Assembly (NCBI GenBank): GCA_951406725.2
Contig: OX597822.1
Coordinates: 43,896,001 to 43,960,000 of the forward strand
Length of the DNA stretch: 64,000 nt
Direction: 5' to 3'
Source of the DNA: Octopus vulgaris
Taxonomy: Eukaryota
A program made the translations under genes and the position numbers. Below the pieces are notes generated by a model. It made no database searches, was not told the DNA's origin, and saw nothing but the letters and a program-made list of their open reading frames with translations. Numbering within the stretch: the stretch's first letter is position 1; every line of letters begins with the position of its first letter. Shown piece after piece: positions 43,141 to 57,418 of this stretch.

Positions 43141-43724
43141 CCCGGGAGCTAGTTGTTTCATACTTTCTTCTTCCATCAAACGGTCGCGGTCGGAATGGTG
43201 TTGTCTTCTGTGACATCTTCATACGAAACAAAACTTTAGGCGCAAGGCCTGAAATTCGCGGTAAGGCGTTGTTTAGTCGATTACATCGACCCCAATGCTC
43301 GGAGTCAACCTCAGTAGCATTTGAACTCAGAACGTAAAGAACCGGGGGAAATGCTGGTAAGTATTTTGTGCGACACGATAGCGATTCGGTCAGTATGAAG
43401 GCGCTTTAGAGCCAACTCCGCCGTGAGGGCTAAACCAATCATCGGTACAACGTGGAAAATATACCAACAACATTACCCAAATGATCTTAACATTAAGTTT
43501 AATAGTCACGTTACTGCACGTAATGACAGTAAACTTCAAGACTCGGGCCCCGACGAAAGTTCACGGATATCTCTACAGTGGCAACGTAAATGGAAGAATC
43601 GGAAATAGGGAATGTGTTCGTGAAAGGAAAGGAGAGGAGAGAGACAGAAATTTGGAGGCTCTATATGGGTTGGTTAATGGAAATTGTATTATCAAGAAAA
43701 TTAAAGCAGTTATGGGACTTGGTG

Positions 43725-43800
43725 TTGTGGGGATATTTCGAAACCTGGGTTCTCATTGCTAAGGTATTTTTCGATGTTGTTGTTGGTGTTGATATTATTA

Positions 43801-43877
<77 letters not shown>

Positions 43878-44017
43878 ATTGAGTGAGAGAGCAGTTCATG
43901 CCATCAAAGTGACACTGGGGTAAAATATACGAAGCCCAATATACTCATCGTGACTACCCGTCTGATAAGGGTACACCAGGCACATGCAGCACAACCATAT
44001 CTGCGCGACATGGTGAT

Positions 44018-44082
<65 letters not shown>

Positions 44083-44117
44083 CATCATCATCATCATTAT
44101 TATTATTATTATTATCA

Positions 44118-44181
<64 letters not shown>

Positions 44182-44298
44182 TACTATTATTATTATTATT
44201 ATTAGTATTATTCTATGTTTGACTTTTGCTTTATGTCTGTACAAGTTGGCTCCAAGATTCTCATTCCTAAGATATTTTCGATGTTATTATTATCCTTA

Positions 44299-44371
<73 letters not shown>

Positions 44372-44520
44372 TATGTTTGACTTTTGCTTTATGTCTGTAC
44401 AAGTTGGCTCCAAGTCTCACCCAGAGACCTCAAGAGACAACAGGTTGGAAGTTCAGGTTGTTGTTATACCCTAGTGTGCCATATATTTGGGTTTTTTTGG
44501 TGTTGTACTAGTGAATGTCA
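43725..44520 (-). mobile_element. Patchwork of hammerhead-element tail pieces, (AAT)n and Dong-type 3' ends
   Basis: 43725-43785 and 44257-44300 match 23435-23505. 43881-44020 matches 23931-24070. 44212-44255 and 44372-44520 match 23600-23746. Confidence 0.8.
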
Positions 44521-44559
44521 TAGTGCTAGTGCATGCATATACAGCTGCGTGCGTGCGCA

Positions 44560-44844
44560 CATACACACGAGTAGTGTGCAAATCTCCAACTAATTACATT
44601 CAATTGGCGTATCAAGTTTCGGGCATTTTGATTGGGTTTTGGATAGAAAATTCACAAAAAAGTCACTTCTATTGATCTTTTAATGGCTTTTCGGGGTGAC
44701 TGAGGAAATGTAAAGATTGCACGACCACCCTTAGACGGTTGTAAATGACCATAGAAAGTGCGAGCCCTCTAACTGAAAAATTGCGGATTTTTATAAAGGA
44801 TGCACACACACAGACAGACATTTTGCCGTTTATATATAGAGAGA
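44560..44844 (-). mobile_element. Non-autonomous Helitron/HINE-like fragment
   Basis: The minus strand starts A|TCTCTCTATATATAAACGGCAAAATGTCTGTCTGTGTG, a typical 5' end. The 3' end could not be fixed. Confidence 0.5.
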
Positions 44845-45425
44845 TTTTAAATATTGAAAAATATTAAAAAAAATTACAGATATATAAATATCTTAAAATG
44901 TAAGAGAATAGACATACATGGGTAGAAAAACTATATTGATGTATAAACATATAGCAGCAACTTAAACGGTATATATTGAAGACATCGTACTACTTACGGA
45001 TTAAGAGCGTTGTTAAGAAGATATTTTGTTAAATATTAAAAAATAATCGTATAAATCCTCGCGAACAGGTGAATAAAGAAATATTTAAGCGTCCACATAT
45101 AAAGTAAAATTTCCTATGATTAAATGAAGGTACTCCAATTTCAAGAATTAAGTGGTGATACTCCAGCGGCCGTTTCAAGGGTATTGTAATCCATACAAAT
45201 AAAAGATATTCATATCTAAGTTTTAGACACTGCCTTCTTCATCGACATTTGTGTGTGTGTGTATACATACATACATATACATATGTATACATACATACAT
45301 ACATTCATACATATATATATATATATATATATATTCCTGAGCGTTATACTAATACATCTGTTTGTTTTGTACACCACGTGTCTTCGTCTTTTGTTTGTTT
45401 CGTAAACTCTCCCTATATATATATA

Positions 45426-46608
45426 TCAGGCTAAGTTAAAAGTAAGCAACGTTTTGAAACATGAAATTCATCACAATATATTTCAACAATGCGGAAATTA
45501 CAATCACCACATTTTTGCCAACGTATTACAAGTTTGTTATTCCGGCAACATAAAATTATGGAGTTCTGGAGCTGGTGAACTCTTTGCACGCACTTTCAGC
45601 ATTGGTTTGATTTTTTAACCTCAAAGTGCTTGAAAGTGTGGCAGCCAAAAGAAGAAAGATCTGGGGAATAAGCTAGGTGGAGAAGAACTTCGTAGCTAAG
45701 TTTCCTCAACTTCTAAGCGCCATTAGTGAAACGTGTGGTCAAGCATTGTCATGAAAGTTGATTGGTCCTCTTCTGTTGACCAGTTTGGAACGGAGGGTAG
45801 CAGTTTTTCGTTCATTTTTGCAAATTCACGGCAATGTTTCTGCAGTAATGTTGTTTTCTAGTTTTCAAGAAGCAGTGCATCACCAGACAGATTTCCGGTG
45901 CTTCATTTGGTCCAACCAGGCGAAGAACGTTTTCCATTATTATACAGAATCCATTTTTCATCGCAAGTTACAGTAGGGTCGAGAAATGGACCGATATGGT
46001 TGCGGAGAAGAAGCGACGAACAAATTCCATATCTGCGCATTTTCTGATTTTCATTTCAATTGTGTGGTACCCATTTGTTGAGCTTTTTTTTTTTTATTTT
46101 TCGATCGCATGCAAATAGTTGCAGGCAGTTTTCTAGCTAACTTAAAGTTCTTTTGTGCCAGTTCTCGAGTGGTTTTGCGCGGTTCTTTCCCAATGATCGT
46201 CGTTTTTTAACCGTCATCGATGACAGATAGGCGTCCAATACGCTCACTATCTTCAAGGCTCAGGTCTCCACTACGAAATCGTTTAAACCATTTTTGAGCT
46301 GACCACTCACTGGTTATTTTCTCTCCAAACGTTTCGTTGATACCGCGTGCAGTTTCAACTGTTTTACGTTCTCTTTTGAAGTTGAATAGCAAACTAGCTC
46401 GAATATCGAGCTTTGACAGTTACGTTTCAGATGATAGTAATAACGGTTAAAAAAATATCAATGTTAATTTATTGATGCATTTGGGGAATTCTATGTCTGT
46501 ATTATTAGACAATTTTTTAAAAAATGGTTAGAAAAATTCAAAGCTCTGCAAAAGTCCGGTGCAAATTCTTCATGGATAAAAACAGTGCTTCGTTTTTACT
46601 CAACCTGA
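45426..46608 (-). mobile_element. Mariner (DD34D-type) transposon, near full length, decayed
   Basis: TIRs TCAGGCTAAGTTAAAAGTAAGCA / TGCTTCGTTTTTACTCAACCTGA. HTH peptide TARGINETFG...AQKWFKRFRSGDLSLEDSERIGR, plus FHDNA*PHVS and AYSPDL. Confidence 0.88.
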
Positions 46609-46950
46609 CACACACACACACACACACACTCACACATGCACACACACACAAACACAAACACACACACACGCACGCAAACAGATGTGTATATATGCACTTA
46701 TTTACATTAATATATATACATATGAGTATCTGCGCAAGTACTTATTTTTGCCTCTCCACTATCACCCCCTCTTCCACTTCCCCTTCAACTCTCCCTTATT
46801 CATCCTTTCCCCCTATTACCCCCCAATGCCATCATTAAACGAGACAAGGTAATTTCTGTTCAAACCTCAACGATCCCTCTCTTTCACCCTGCTTTCTTTC
46901 TCTTCTCTTCCTTTACCCGTCTGTCTGTCTGCCTCTCCATCTATCTATCA

Positions 46951-47036
<86 letters not shown>

Positions 47037-47577
47037 TTTTTCTATCTACCTATCTCCTGTCACAAAAACTCTAGTCCCTGCAATTATACACCCCCTGGGT
47101 CTACTCTTAAATTATATTGTCACTTGCAGTTTGGAATCTTCTCGATGTTTCTATGGCTTTCAACACGCACTGTCTAACATACACATTTTATAGGCACTTG
47201 TTTATTAACCTGTGTATATGTATATATGTGTCCGGACAAGTGTTTCTATCCTCCCCTTCACTTCCTTCTCCTCCTCCTCCTCACCATCATCATCATTACT
47301 GTCGTCGTAATATATATATATATATAGATATATATACATATATATGTATAAATAATAAGTTCATTATTATTATATATACATATATATATACATATATACA
47401 TACATATATATTTATATATGTATATAAAGATGTATCTATACTTGTGTGTATATATATTCATATACCTGTACACACACTCACACACACGCACACGCACTCT
47501 CACACACACACAAACACACACACACACACACTCATATATGTATATATATATATATATACATACAAGTATATGTATAG

Positions 47578-47633
<56 letters not shown>

Positions 47634-48179
47634 ATATAATATATATATATATATACACCAATAAACACACGAACTTATATGGTGTTATGGTGTGTTTGAG
47701 GTGTGCATAACCATAATCAAATTATATCTCTGCGTGTGTGTGTTTGCGTTTGTGTTTGTGCGTATGTGTGTATGTGTGTATGTGTGTATGTGCATCTGTG
47801 CGCGTATCTCTGTGTATATGTACATGAACGTGTGTATTTTTTAGATTTAAAGATATCTCATTGCTATAAGCTTATATCTCGACCTCAATCTATATCATAT
47901 TTTTCAAATCTTTGCTTTCCAATATATTTTACCATTTCTGTTATAATAATCTTAACCATTCACTTATAATTGTTTGCATTCATAGAGTTAATTGTTATCA
48001 TAATACAAAATCGAAACATGGTAATTTTCTGTTTTCGACACTGCTCAATTAATCTCTTTAACGGAGAGTTGAACCAGATGTAATAGCTCAACCAGATGTA
48101 ATGACTCACTATTTTGGACAATGGGGTATTAAATTTTCCAATGGGAGTTGCATGAATTAGGGTTATTGGCCTGTACCTT

Positions 48180-49130
48180 TTATCTTTTACATATTAAAAT
48201 CATTGGATTGCGGCCACGGAGAGGAGAGGCCTTGGAGAATTTTTAGCCGGAAAATTGCACCCGAGTACTTAATTTTTTATACTTTTCTGCTCTAGGCCCG
48301 AAATTTTGGTGGACGGATCCAGTCGATTAGATCGGCCCCAGTACGCAGCAGGTACTTAATTTCTCGACCCCGTAGGGATGAAAGGCAAAGTCGAACTCGG
48401 CGGAATTTGAACTCAGAACATAAAGACAGACGAAATACCGTTAAGCATTTCGCCTAGCGTGCTAACGTTTCTGCCAGCTCGACGCCATGCTTAAATTTTT
48501 TAAAGCCCGGTACTCGATCTATCGGTGTCTTTTGCAAAATCGTTAATCTACTAGGTTGTAAACACACCAACACCAGTTGTCAAGCGTAAGGACCATCAGG
48601 GACCATGAATATTAATTTTGCACCTTCCCGTTGGCTGACCCATAGCTCTCCTGTCAGTCGTAGGGCTAGAATTTCCTAAGTCATATCCTTCATTGCGTCA
48701 TATAAAAAGTAATAGTCATTAAACTTTCTGCTTGGACCTCATGGTTGACCAACAGAGAACTATGGAGCTGGCAGAATCGTTAGCACGCCGGGCGAAATGT
48801 TTAGTGGTATTTTGTCTGTCTTTACGTTCTGGGTTCAAATTCCGCTGAGGCGAGGTCGACTTTGCTTTTCATTCTTTCGGGTTCGATAAATTAAGTACCA
48901 GTTGCTTAATGGGGTCGATCTAATCGACTGGCCTCTTCCCAAACATTTCGGACCTTGTACCTAGAGTAGAAAAGAATCGTTAGTACGTCGGACTTTGCCT
49001 TTCATCCTTTCGGGGTCGATTAAATAAATACCAGTTACAAACTGGGGTCGATCTAATCGACTTAATCCCTTTGTCTGTCCTTCTTTGTCCCCTCTATGTT
49101 TAGCTCTACCTGTGGACAATAACGAAAGTA
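48180..49130. mobile_element. SINE A tail (-, 48180-48590) with nested SINE B (48285-48487), then SINE B dimer (+, 48765-49130)
   Basis: Similarity to in-window copies. Confidence 0.78.
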
Positions 49131-49139
49131 ATTATTCAC

Positions 49140-49545
49140 CCATACCACTTCGTAGTTGGTCTAGCCATAGCTCTATTCTCGGTCGTTAGACTAGAATCTC
49201 CCGTGGCATCTCCTTTATAGTTTCAAATAAGAAGCGGCAGTCATGAAACTTCTCGAGTGGACCATATGTGTGACCTACTAAGACAATGCATATTATCCAC
49301 CATCTCATCTACCCCAAGACCTCCTGCTGGTCAGCTTGGCTTTAAGAATCCGCCTTGCAATTCTTGCCTGTAACGTTCTAATCCCATGTCCATAGCCCTG
49401 TATTGTGATTTCTCAGTTGGGAGAAGTAGCGGTTCGACCTGAAGAGACTCCTTCATCTGCGAGCTATGCAACCAGTACAGTTGCATTACTGCAGAGCCCC
49501 TACGAAGGAATCTCATTTCGGTCGCTTCCGGTTATTATCAAACAC
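49140..49545 (-). mobile_element. Decayed RTE-type LINE C-terminal fragment
   Basis: Minus peptide YGHGIRTLQARIARRILKAKLTSRRSWGR resembles WYGHVxRMxxxRxxRRILxxxxxGxRxRGRP. Confidence 0.55.
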
Positions 49546-49769
49546 TCATGATCGTAAGCAACGCATTAATAATCTAAAGCTGTGGACAGATTGATTGAAA
49601 GAAAAACTGAATGTGAAGAAGAAGAAGAAGAAGAAGAAGAAGAAGAAGAAGAAGAAGGAGGAGGAGGAGGAGGAGGAGGAGGATGGTGAGAAGAAGAGAG
49701 GGAGAGGGAGAGAGGGAGAGAGAGAGCTGGAGAGAGAAACTAATGTTTCTGCTATCAAGTATTATTCAC

Positions 49770-50027
49770 CTATTGAGCGAAAACACCTAAAGCTCCACGA
49801 GGTAAACCCTACAGTACTCTTTCACCACAACTGTTTCTTTTTCTTCTTGTTTCCGTTGTACCTGTATTTCAAAGATGCCAGCCTTCTCACACTCTGTGTC
49901 ACGCTGAATCTCCTCGAAAACTACGTTGTGTCTGTGGAGTGCTCAGCCACTTGCACGTTAACTTCACCAGCAGGCTGTTGATCGGATCAACTGGAACCCT
50001 CGTCGTCGTAACCGACGGAGTGCCACG
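49770..50027 (+). mobile_element. 5'-truncated SINE C with tail 1
   Basis: Matches the reverse complement of 11030..11325. Confidence 0.8.
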
Positions 50028-50453
50028 ATTATTCACCACTTTTGATTCACGGTGTGTTGCGAATAATATGTAGATTTCTTAAGAACTGGTCAGACGTTCA
50101 AAGCACAGAGATGTAAATTAAACTATACACTATTATAATAGTTTAATCATAAAGTCGCAATGTTTATGTCGCAGGTGAATATCCTAAGCTATGAACTATA
50201 GAATGAAAGTGAGTGTCTCCTACAAGAAGCGTTAAACAAATTGTTAAGCTCTTTTAAATACGTTTCTCTCTCACACACAACTTTTTCAGCACTTTTAACG
50301 TATTGAAATATAGTGTTTGCATTCAAAGTTATGAATGTGTGTGTGTGTGTGTGTTTATGTATGTATGTACGTATGTATGTATATATGTATGTATGTATGC
50401 ATGTAAATGTGTATACATATATACATACATACGTACATATATAAATATACACA

Positions 50454-50489
<36 letters not shown>

Positions 50490-50492
<3 letters not shown>

Positions 50493-50780
50493 AGGTTAGG
50501 GCAGCAGACTCGCGGTCGCAGGATCGCGGTTTCGATTCCCAGACTGGGCGTTGTGAGTGTTTATTGAGCGAAAACACCTAAAGGCTCCACGAGGCTCCAG
50601 CAGGGGGTGGTGATTCCTGCTGTACTCTTTCACCACTCTTTCTCCGACTCTTTCTTCTTTTGGCCTGCTCGCATAGCTAGCGGGGTGGCGTCATTCAAAG
50701 GCTAAAACAATGCGAACGCATTGTGACCAGCGATGTGTAACAACATCTGATGGTATGGTCGGTCACGTGATCACGTGATA
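50490..50780 (+). mobile_element. SINE family C with tail 3
   Basis: GGTTAGGGCAGCAGACTCGCGGTC...GGTTTCGATTCCC...CACGTGATCACGTGATA. Confidence 0.85.
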
Positions 50781-50868
50781 TATATATATATATATAACAT
50801 ATACGTATCTATCTATCTATTGATCTATCTGTACTACATAAATACATATATTTATATAAATATACACA

Positions 50869-50919
<51 letters not shown>

Positions 50920-51005
50920 GCACACACACACATATAATATATATATGAATGTAGACGCATAAGCGTGTGTTACATATATATGTATATATATATATCTGAA
51001 TATAC

Positions 51006-51130
<125 letters not shown>

Positions 51131-51711
51131 CTAGATAGATAGATTGATAGATAGAGAAAGAGAAAGAGAGAAAGATAGATGCGTATAAAATTGTTCGCAC
51201 GATGTTCGTTTCGATGTCTCATCTACTTTGTGTCCAGTTATAAAAGATATTCATCATATTCATAACCTAGTAAACGGGAATCTATATCGGATCTCAGCAC
51301 AATGTACGAAAGCCGTTATAAGTTACAACTATTAAGTTCTATAATGGTTAAATTCGACGGGAAATGAGATAGTAGAAATGAAATTGAAAAATATTTTAGT
51401 GTCATACAGATTGCTATATTAAATTAATTGTATTTGCTCTGCTCATTAGTGAGCTAAATTTTATTGCTCATACATATACGTCTGTACATGTGTTTGTAAG
51501 TATGCATACATAAACATATATATTCATGAATATAGAGACATACATATATGTACCTATACGTATATATAAATATATATATCCATTAGTAATCCCGGTGGAA
51601 TGCTGGTATGTAAGTGAGGAGAGGTGTAGGAAGTTCAGGTGGTAGTAAGTCCGATGTGTAGAAGGTTAAAGCAAGATAAAACTGGTGGGAATATTTGAGC
51701 GTACAATATAT

Positions 51712-51862
51712 AGTTGAAATTTACAGAAAAACAAAAGACGAATACAGGTGTATAAACAACAAGCAGGTGTATTACTTTCACGCTCGTCAAGGTGAGAAAG
51801 TCTTTTACGTTTCGAGGCTACGCTCTTCATCAGAAATAACCACGATGAAATAAACAGGGAGA

Positions 51863-51865
<3 letters not shown>
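51712..51865 (-). mobile_element. Penelope-type repeat with canonical minimal hammerhead (51802..51836)
   Basis: The minus strand reads TTT-CTGATGA-A-GAG-cgtagc-CTC-GAAA-CG-TA-AAAG. Confidence 0.75.
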
Positions 51866-51944
<79 letters not shown>

Positions 51945-51951
51945 ATAGATA

Positions 51952-52594
51952 AGGAAACCATGATGGTCCTCTGGCGGACATTCGACCTCAGCCGCCTGGA
52001 TTACTGCTCACAGCTATGGTCACCCACCAGTGTAAAATTAACAGCGGACCTTGAAGCAATCCAGAGAAGATTCACAAAGAAGATCGTCTCTTTGCAACAG
52101 CTCAGCTACTGGGAAAGGTTGCAACAGCTAAGACTCTACTCCCTGGAGAGAAGACGGGAGAGGTATGCAGTAATATATGTCTGGAAGATCCTGGAAGGAA
52201 TTGTGCCAAATTTTGGCATTGTAAGCTACACCAATGCTAGAACGGGACAACACTGCATAGTGCCAAAGATCCCAGCAATGCCCTCACGCTTCAGGACCAG
52301 CTTCTGCAACAACCTGGGTTTCAAGGGCCCACAGCTTTTTAATATTCTCCCAAAGCGTCTGAGGAACTTGCACAAAGTAGATGTAGCGGTTTTTAAATCA
52401 AAGCTGGACATCTTCCTGTCAAGAGTCCCAGATGAACCTACCTCACGGCAAGAGGTGCAAATGAGAGTAGCTATATCAAACTCCATTCTTCACCAAGTGC
52501 CACATATTAGACGAGGTTCGTCGAAATAACAGTGTAGCACAAAACGGCGGTGCATCAGAATGGCCGCAGCTCTGAGCTGAAACTAGAAAAAAAA
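51952..52594 (+). mobile_element. CR1-group LINE 3' fragment with uninterrupted 189-aa ORF2 C-terminus
   Basis: SRLDYCSQLWSP...LEAIQRRFTK...LSYWERLQQLRLYSLERRRERY. The tail is shared with SINE A. Confidence 0.92.
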
Positions 52595-52631
52595 TATATA
52601 TATATGTACACACACATATATATAGAGAGAT

Positions 52632-52727
<96 letters not shown>

Positions 52728-52884
52728 CATTCACGTACACAGACACACCACGCATATATAGTTAGGCTCTCTGTCCCAATATATATTTGGTAAGATGACT
52801 CGGACTATTAAGTCGCTCACGAGTAAGTAGCAGCAGCAACAACAACAACAGCAGCAGCAGCAGTAGCTGCAACAACAACATGCA

Positions 52885-53106
52885 ATAATAATCCTTTCTA
52901 CTATAGGCACAGCGCCTGAAATTTGATGGGAGAGGTTTAGTTGATTTCATCGACCCAGCACGTAACTGATACTTATTTCATCGACCACGAAAGGATGAAA
53001 GGCAAAGTCGACCCCAATAGAATTTGAACTCAGAATGTAGCGAATGGAGAAATACCGCAAAAGCAGTTCGTCCAGTGTGCTAATGATTCTGCCAGCTCAC
53101 TGCCTT
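52885..53106 (-). mobile_element. SINE family B (tail type 1)
   Basis: Similarity to 4048..4263. Confidence 0.82.
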
Positions 53107-53227
53107 TAATAATGATAATAATAAAGAAGAAGAAGAAGAAGAAGAAGAAGAAGAAGAAGAAGAAGAAGAAGAAGAAGAAGAAGAAGAAGAAGAAGAAGAA
53201 GAAGAAGAAGAAGAAGAAGAAGAAGAA

Positions 53228-54186
53228 ACATAGCATGGTATATAAAAATAGCACAGAACCGCTATTATTAGAAGTAAGAAGGTCAAGCTTGTGTAGGATG
53301 AATGATTGCAATGCTAAAGCACTATACAAAAAATTGAAAGCGAATGAAATTGAAAATAAGTGGGTAAAGAAAAGAATGCACGGTCAATTCCATAGGGATG
53401 TTGAAGATAAGACAGACAGAGAAAACAGAGGGCTGTGAATGACTAAGATTGGTTTTAAACCGGAAAAGAAGGATCTAATCCATGCTGCCCAAGACCAAGC
53501 ACTAAGAACAAACTACATAAAATACAGAATAGACAACACATCAGAAAGCGATAAGTGCTGAATCTGTGGACAAGATGGTGAAATCGTATGACATATTACC
53601 AGCCAATGTACGCCACTAGCCCAGAAGGAATATAAGAGACACCACGTCAATATAGCAAGGCTTGTCTATTAGACAGATTGCAAGTATGAACTTGACATAG
53701 CAAAAAATTGGTACGACTACAAAACCGGAAGCATCATTGAAAATGATCCTATGGGATTTTATGATTCAGTGCGACCATGAGATAGGGAATAGGAAGCCAG
53801 ATATAGTCTTAATTGAGAAAGAAAACAAACTATGTTGGATCATAGATATAGCATGCCCAGTTGACAAGGTATGCGATAAGGAAGCAAGAAAAGTTGAGCG
53901 ATATCACAGGTTAGCTTGGGAGGTTAAGCAGTTGTGGTAGATGAAAAAGGTAGCAGTAGTACTAATAATTGTCGTATCCCTGGGAACAGTGAGCAAAAGT
54001 CTCGAGAAGTACGTGGAACAAATAGAGGCTGCAATAAGGTTGGAGCACTTGCAGAAAACAACACCGCCTGGAACCGCTCGAATTCCCAGGAAGGTGCTCG
54101 AAAAATAAGAGGTGTTACCGTAGTTCACTGGTAGTGAACGGCTGACACTGTTGTACATCTCCAGCGTTGGAAGCTGTGCAAAGACA

Positions 54187-54188
<2 letters not shown>
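53228..54188 (+). mobile_element. R4/Dong-type LINE 3' fragment (decayed), followed by (TAA)n
   Basis: MHGQF, AAQDQALRT, C*ICGQDGEIV*HITSQC and ILWDFMIQCDHEIGNRKPDIVLIEKENKLCWIIDIACP. Confidence 0.9.
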
Positions 54189-54217
<29 letters not shown>

Positions 54218-54747
54218 CAATTATGATAATCCTGGTATAATGATACTATTTAAACAATGATATTAATATTGTGGTTAATGTATTAGTCTTATAATAGGAT
54301 AATTAATACTGTTGATCTATTAGTAATGGTTACTAATGGTTCTAATTATCTGTTTGATGTAGGTGTAAGTAAAGATGGAGGCGATTACAATAACGCCAAT
54401 GATGATGATGGGGGATGTCATTAATGTTATGATGGATGGGTAAATGAGATGAAGCAGGTTTTGCTTTGGTAATTGTTATTTGTTTCTCGCCATAGACCTA
54501 AAGTCATGAGATTTGCATCATAGGAATATATATATGTATATATATAAATTATGTTAACGACAGAGGCAGTACTAATACCAAGAGTTATCTTCCTGCTGGG
54601 GATATAAACAAATAAGCGTCTATTTTATATCAAAAGCCTGTATCAGAGGGTGTCTCATGGTAAATGCAGCAGTATAGTTTGTTCTAACAGTACATCCACC
54701 TTTGAGCGGGTTTAAATGCTAACTCTAGGTATATATACATATAGTCA

Positions 54748-54941
54748 CAGGAGCGGCTGTGAGGCAAGAAGCTTACGTCTCAACTTTATGGTTCCGGGTT
54801 CAGTTCCACTGCGTTGGACCTTGCGCAAGTGTCTTCTGCTATAGCCTCGGGCCGATTAAAGCCTTGTGAGTTAATTTGGTAGAGGGAAACTGAAAGAAGT
54901 TCGAATTGTGTGTGTGTGTATGTGTGTGAGTATATATATTA

Positions 54942-54987
<46 letters not shown>

Positions 54988-55221
54988 GTATGTATGCTTA
55001 TATGTATTTGTGTCGCGCTTCTCCCCTTACCATTGCTTGACAACTGATGTTGATGTGTTTACGTCCCCGTAACTTAGCGGTTCGGCAAAAGAGACCGATA
55101 GAATAAGTACTAGGCTAACAAAGAATAAGTCCCGGGGTTGATTTCTTCGACTAAAGGGCGGTGCTCCAGCATGACCGCAGTCAAATGACTGAAACAAGTA
55201 TAAGAACAAAATAATAAAAGA
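54748..55221 (+). mobile_element. SINE family A, full length
   Basis: Head, internal microsatellite and tail in order. Confidence 0.87.
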
Positions 55222-55559
55222 ATTGATCTTTTACCTGCTTCAGTTATTCAGACTGCGGACATATATTCTCGCCTTGATTCTAGTCAATGTTTCTGAATTC
55301 AGATTACACGCACCCATACACACATGCATATGCACACGCACACACGCGTGTGGGCATTTACAGATGGAGTTAAGAGGTCATGTGCCACACTTCAGCGGGT
55401 CTGCTTAGTCGCCTATATTACTAAGAAGAGCAATGATAGGTGTGAAACCAACAAGGACTTCCTGACCAACCATATCCAATCACTACAGGAAGATACTACT
55501 GCTGGAAAAAACCCCTTTGTTTCGGACTTATGAACACCTGACCGATTGCGTGTGTGATT

Positions 55560-55644
<85 letters not shown>

Positions 55645-55949
55645 TGTTTGTCACCTCGGTCACCGATTGACAACTGGAGACAGTATTTCTATGTCCTGTA
55701 CTGTTGAGGTTCGGCAGGAGTGGACGATAAAGTAAATTCCATACATAAGAAAAGAAACATCAGTCCTGGAGTCTACCTGTTCGACAACAACCCTCAGTCC
55801 AATGACTAAAACATGCAACAGAATGCTATATTATCTATAGAAATCACTTGAAGGATGTGCTATTTAATACTGGTAGTGCTGTTATTTCATACTAAGTAAA
55901 GATTTGTCTTCTAATATTATTTATGCTATTGTATGTATAATGCTAGTTT

Positions 55950-56900
55950 ATGTAGTGTGTTTGATATTTATAATAACTCCAGTACGATCTTTGTTTTCTG
56001 AGCAATTCCACACTCCGAGATAATGTGATAGGGTGTTATTGAGCAAGATGAACGAACTATTAATTTCTAAGTTTTGTTTTTGAAATTTCTGTATTCACAA
56101 AAAAGAAGCTGTGTTCCTTCGATGCAAAAATTATGCCTGTGTACTGTTAATTTAGCCAATAATCTATAATGCGGTATCTAATTGTATGTTAACATCTTTT
56201 AAGCACCTCAAGTAGTTTGAAAACGTAGTTGCGTTCATTTTTATTTCGTGTGTTACATGGTACAAACCTTTCGGGTGTAGAGACACTGGCTGTTGTTTAC
56301 CTAAATCCAATATATATCTTATTCAAAGAGTTATTTACCATAGTACACTGGTTGACTACCTTTTTGCCCCCGGCATTTAGAGTTAATAGGACATTATCTT
56401 TTTTATTAAAAACAAAAAGCAGCTTGATTCAGACTTACCATTATCATTCTCAAATCTATTAATCCAAGCTGAATTTGATAAACCTATGTTATCTGGTGTG
56501 TAGTAGGATAAGATAGTTTAAACAGGTTTCTACTAAAAAGTTTTATTGTACTATATTCAATAGAGTGTAGTACTTAGGAGATAGAAGAATATATTAGCTA
56601 CCAAACAGCGTGTTGTGTGATGGATTGTTTCAAGAAAATATGCTTTTCTTACGTATTTTAAAGGTCCTATGTCTATTCCCTATTGTATTATCGGCCTCTT
56701 TCGATATAAGAAATTTTTGTTACATATCCACTACTTTTTATTGTTACATTATTGCAGGGAGCATTCTTATAGAAAATATTCTAGTTTGCTGAAATTCCTA
56801 CAAAGCCTTAAATCAATTTCAAAAATATCCTCTAAATAAAATTAAGTTTCAAGGATTTCTTGGATTTGTTAATTCTGTCAGAAAAAAAACGGGTAATATG
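55950..56900 (-). mobile_element. Old Penelope-like element remnant (linker + GIY-YIG)
   Basis: Minus peptides FSRNLFKLSYPTTP, CPINSKC and VVNQCTMVNNSLNKIYIG match the PLE pattern FNRNxxKxSYS...CPLxxxC...VVYxxT...YIG. Confidence 0.65.
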
Positions 56901-57267
56901 TACCATGTTGGGTACAGACAATAAGGAAATGATCTCTTCTCTTGAAAAAAAGTCACCCTGTCAGGTGTGGACAATATAAAAATAGCCGTTAAATTCAATT
57001 ACTATGAATTGAAGAATCTAGGATCTCAATGGACATCTCAATCCAAGCACTCGCTCTTAGCACTGAAAGACCAAATCAGACTTGTAAGAAATCCCAGAAT
57101 TAAATGAGACAGCCCTATCAAATCGGACATATGTAAAAGCATTATATTGATTAATACTTACTCAGCCCCCTCACAATTAAACCTAGTCATAAATATTTCC
57201 CATAGAATTTTCAAACTGACGTGCACGCGCACATATACACACGCACGTACATACATATGCATACACG

Positions 57268-57302
<35 letters not shown>

Positions 57303-57362
57303 ATATTAATATGCATATATATAAATGTATATGTATATATATGAATGTATGTACATTTATAT

Positions 57363-57418
<56 letters not shown>

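Noticed and set aside
44508-44511. CTAG as Helitron 3' end
   Set aside because: It aligns with the Dong 3' UTR copy at 23735, so it belongs to the neighbouring element.
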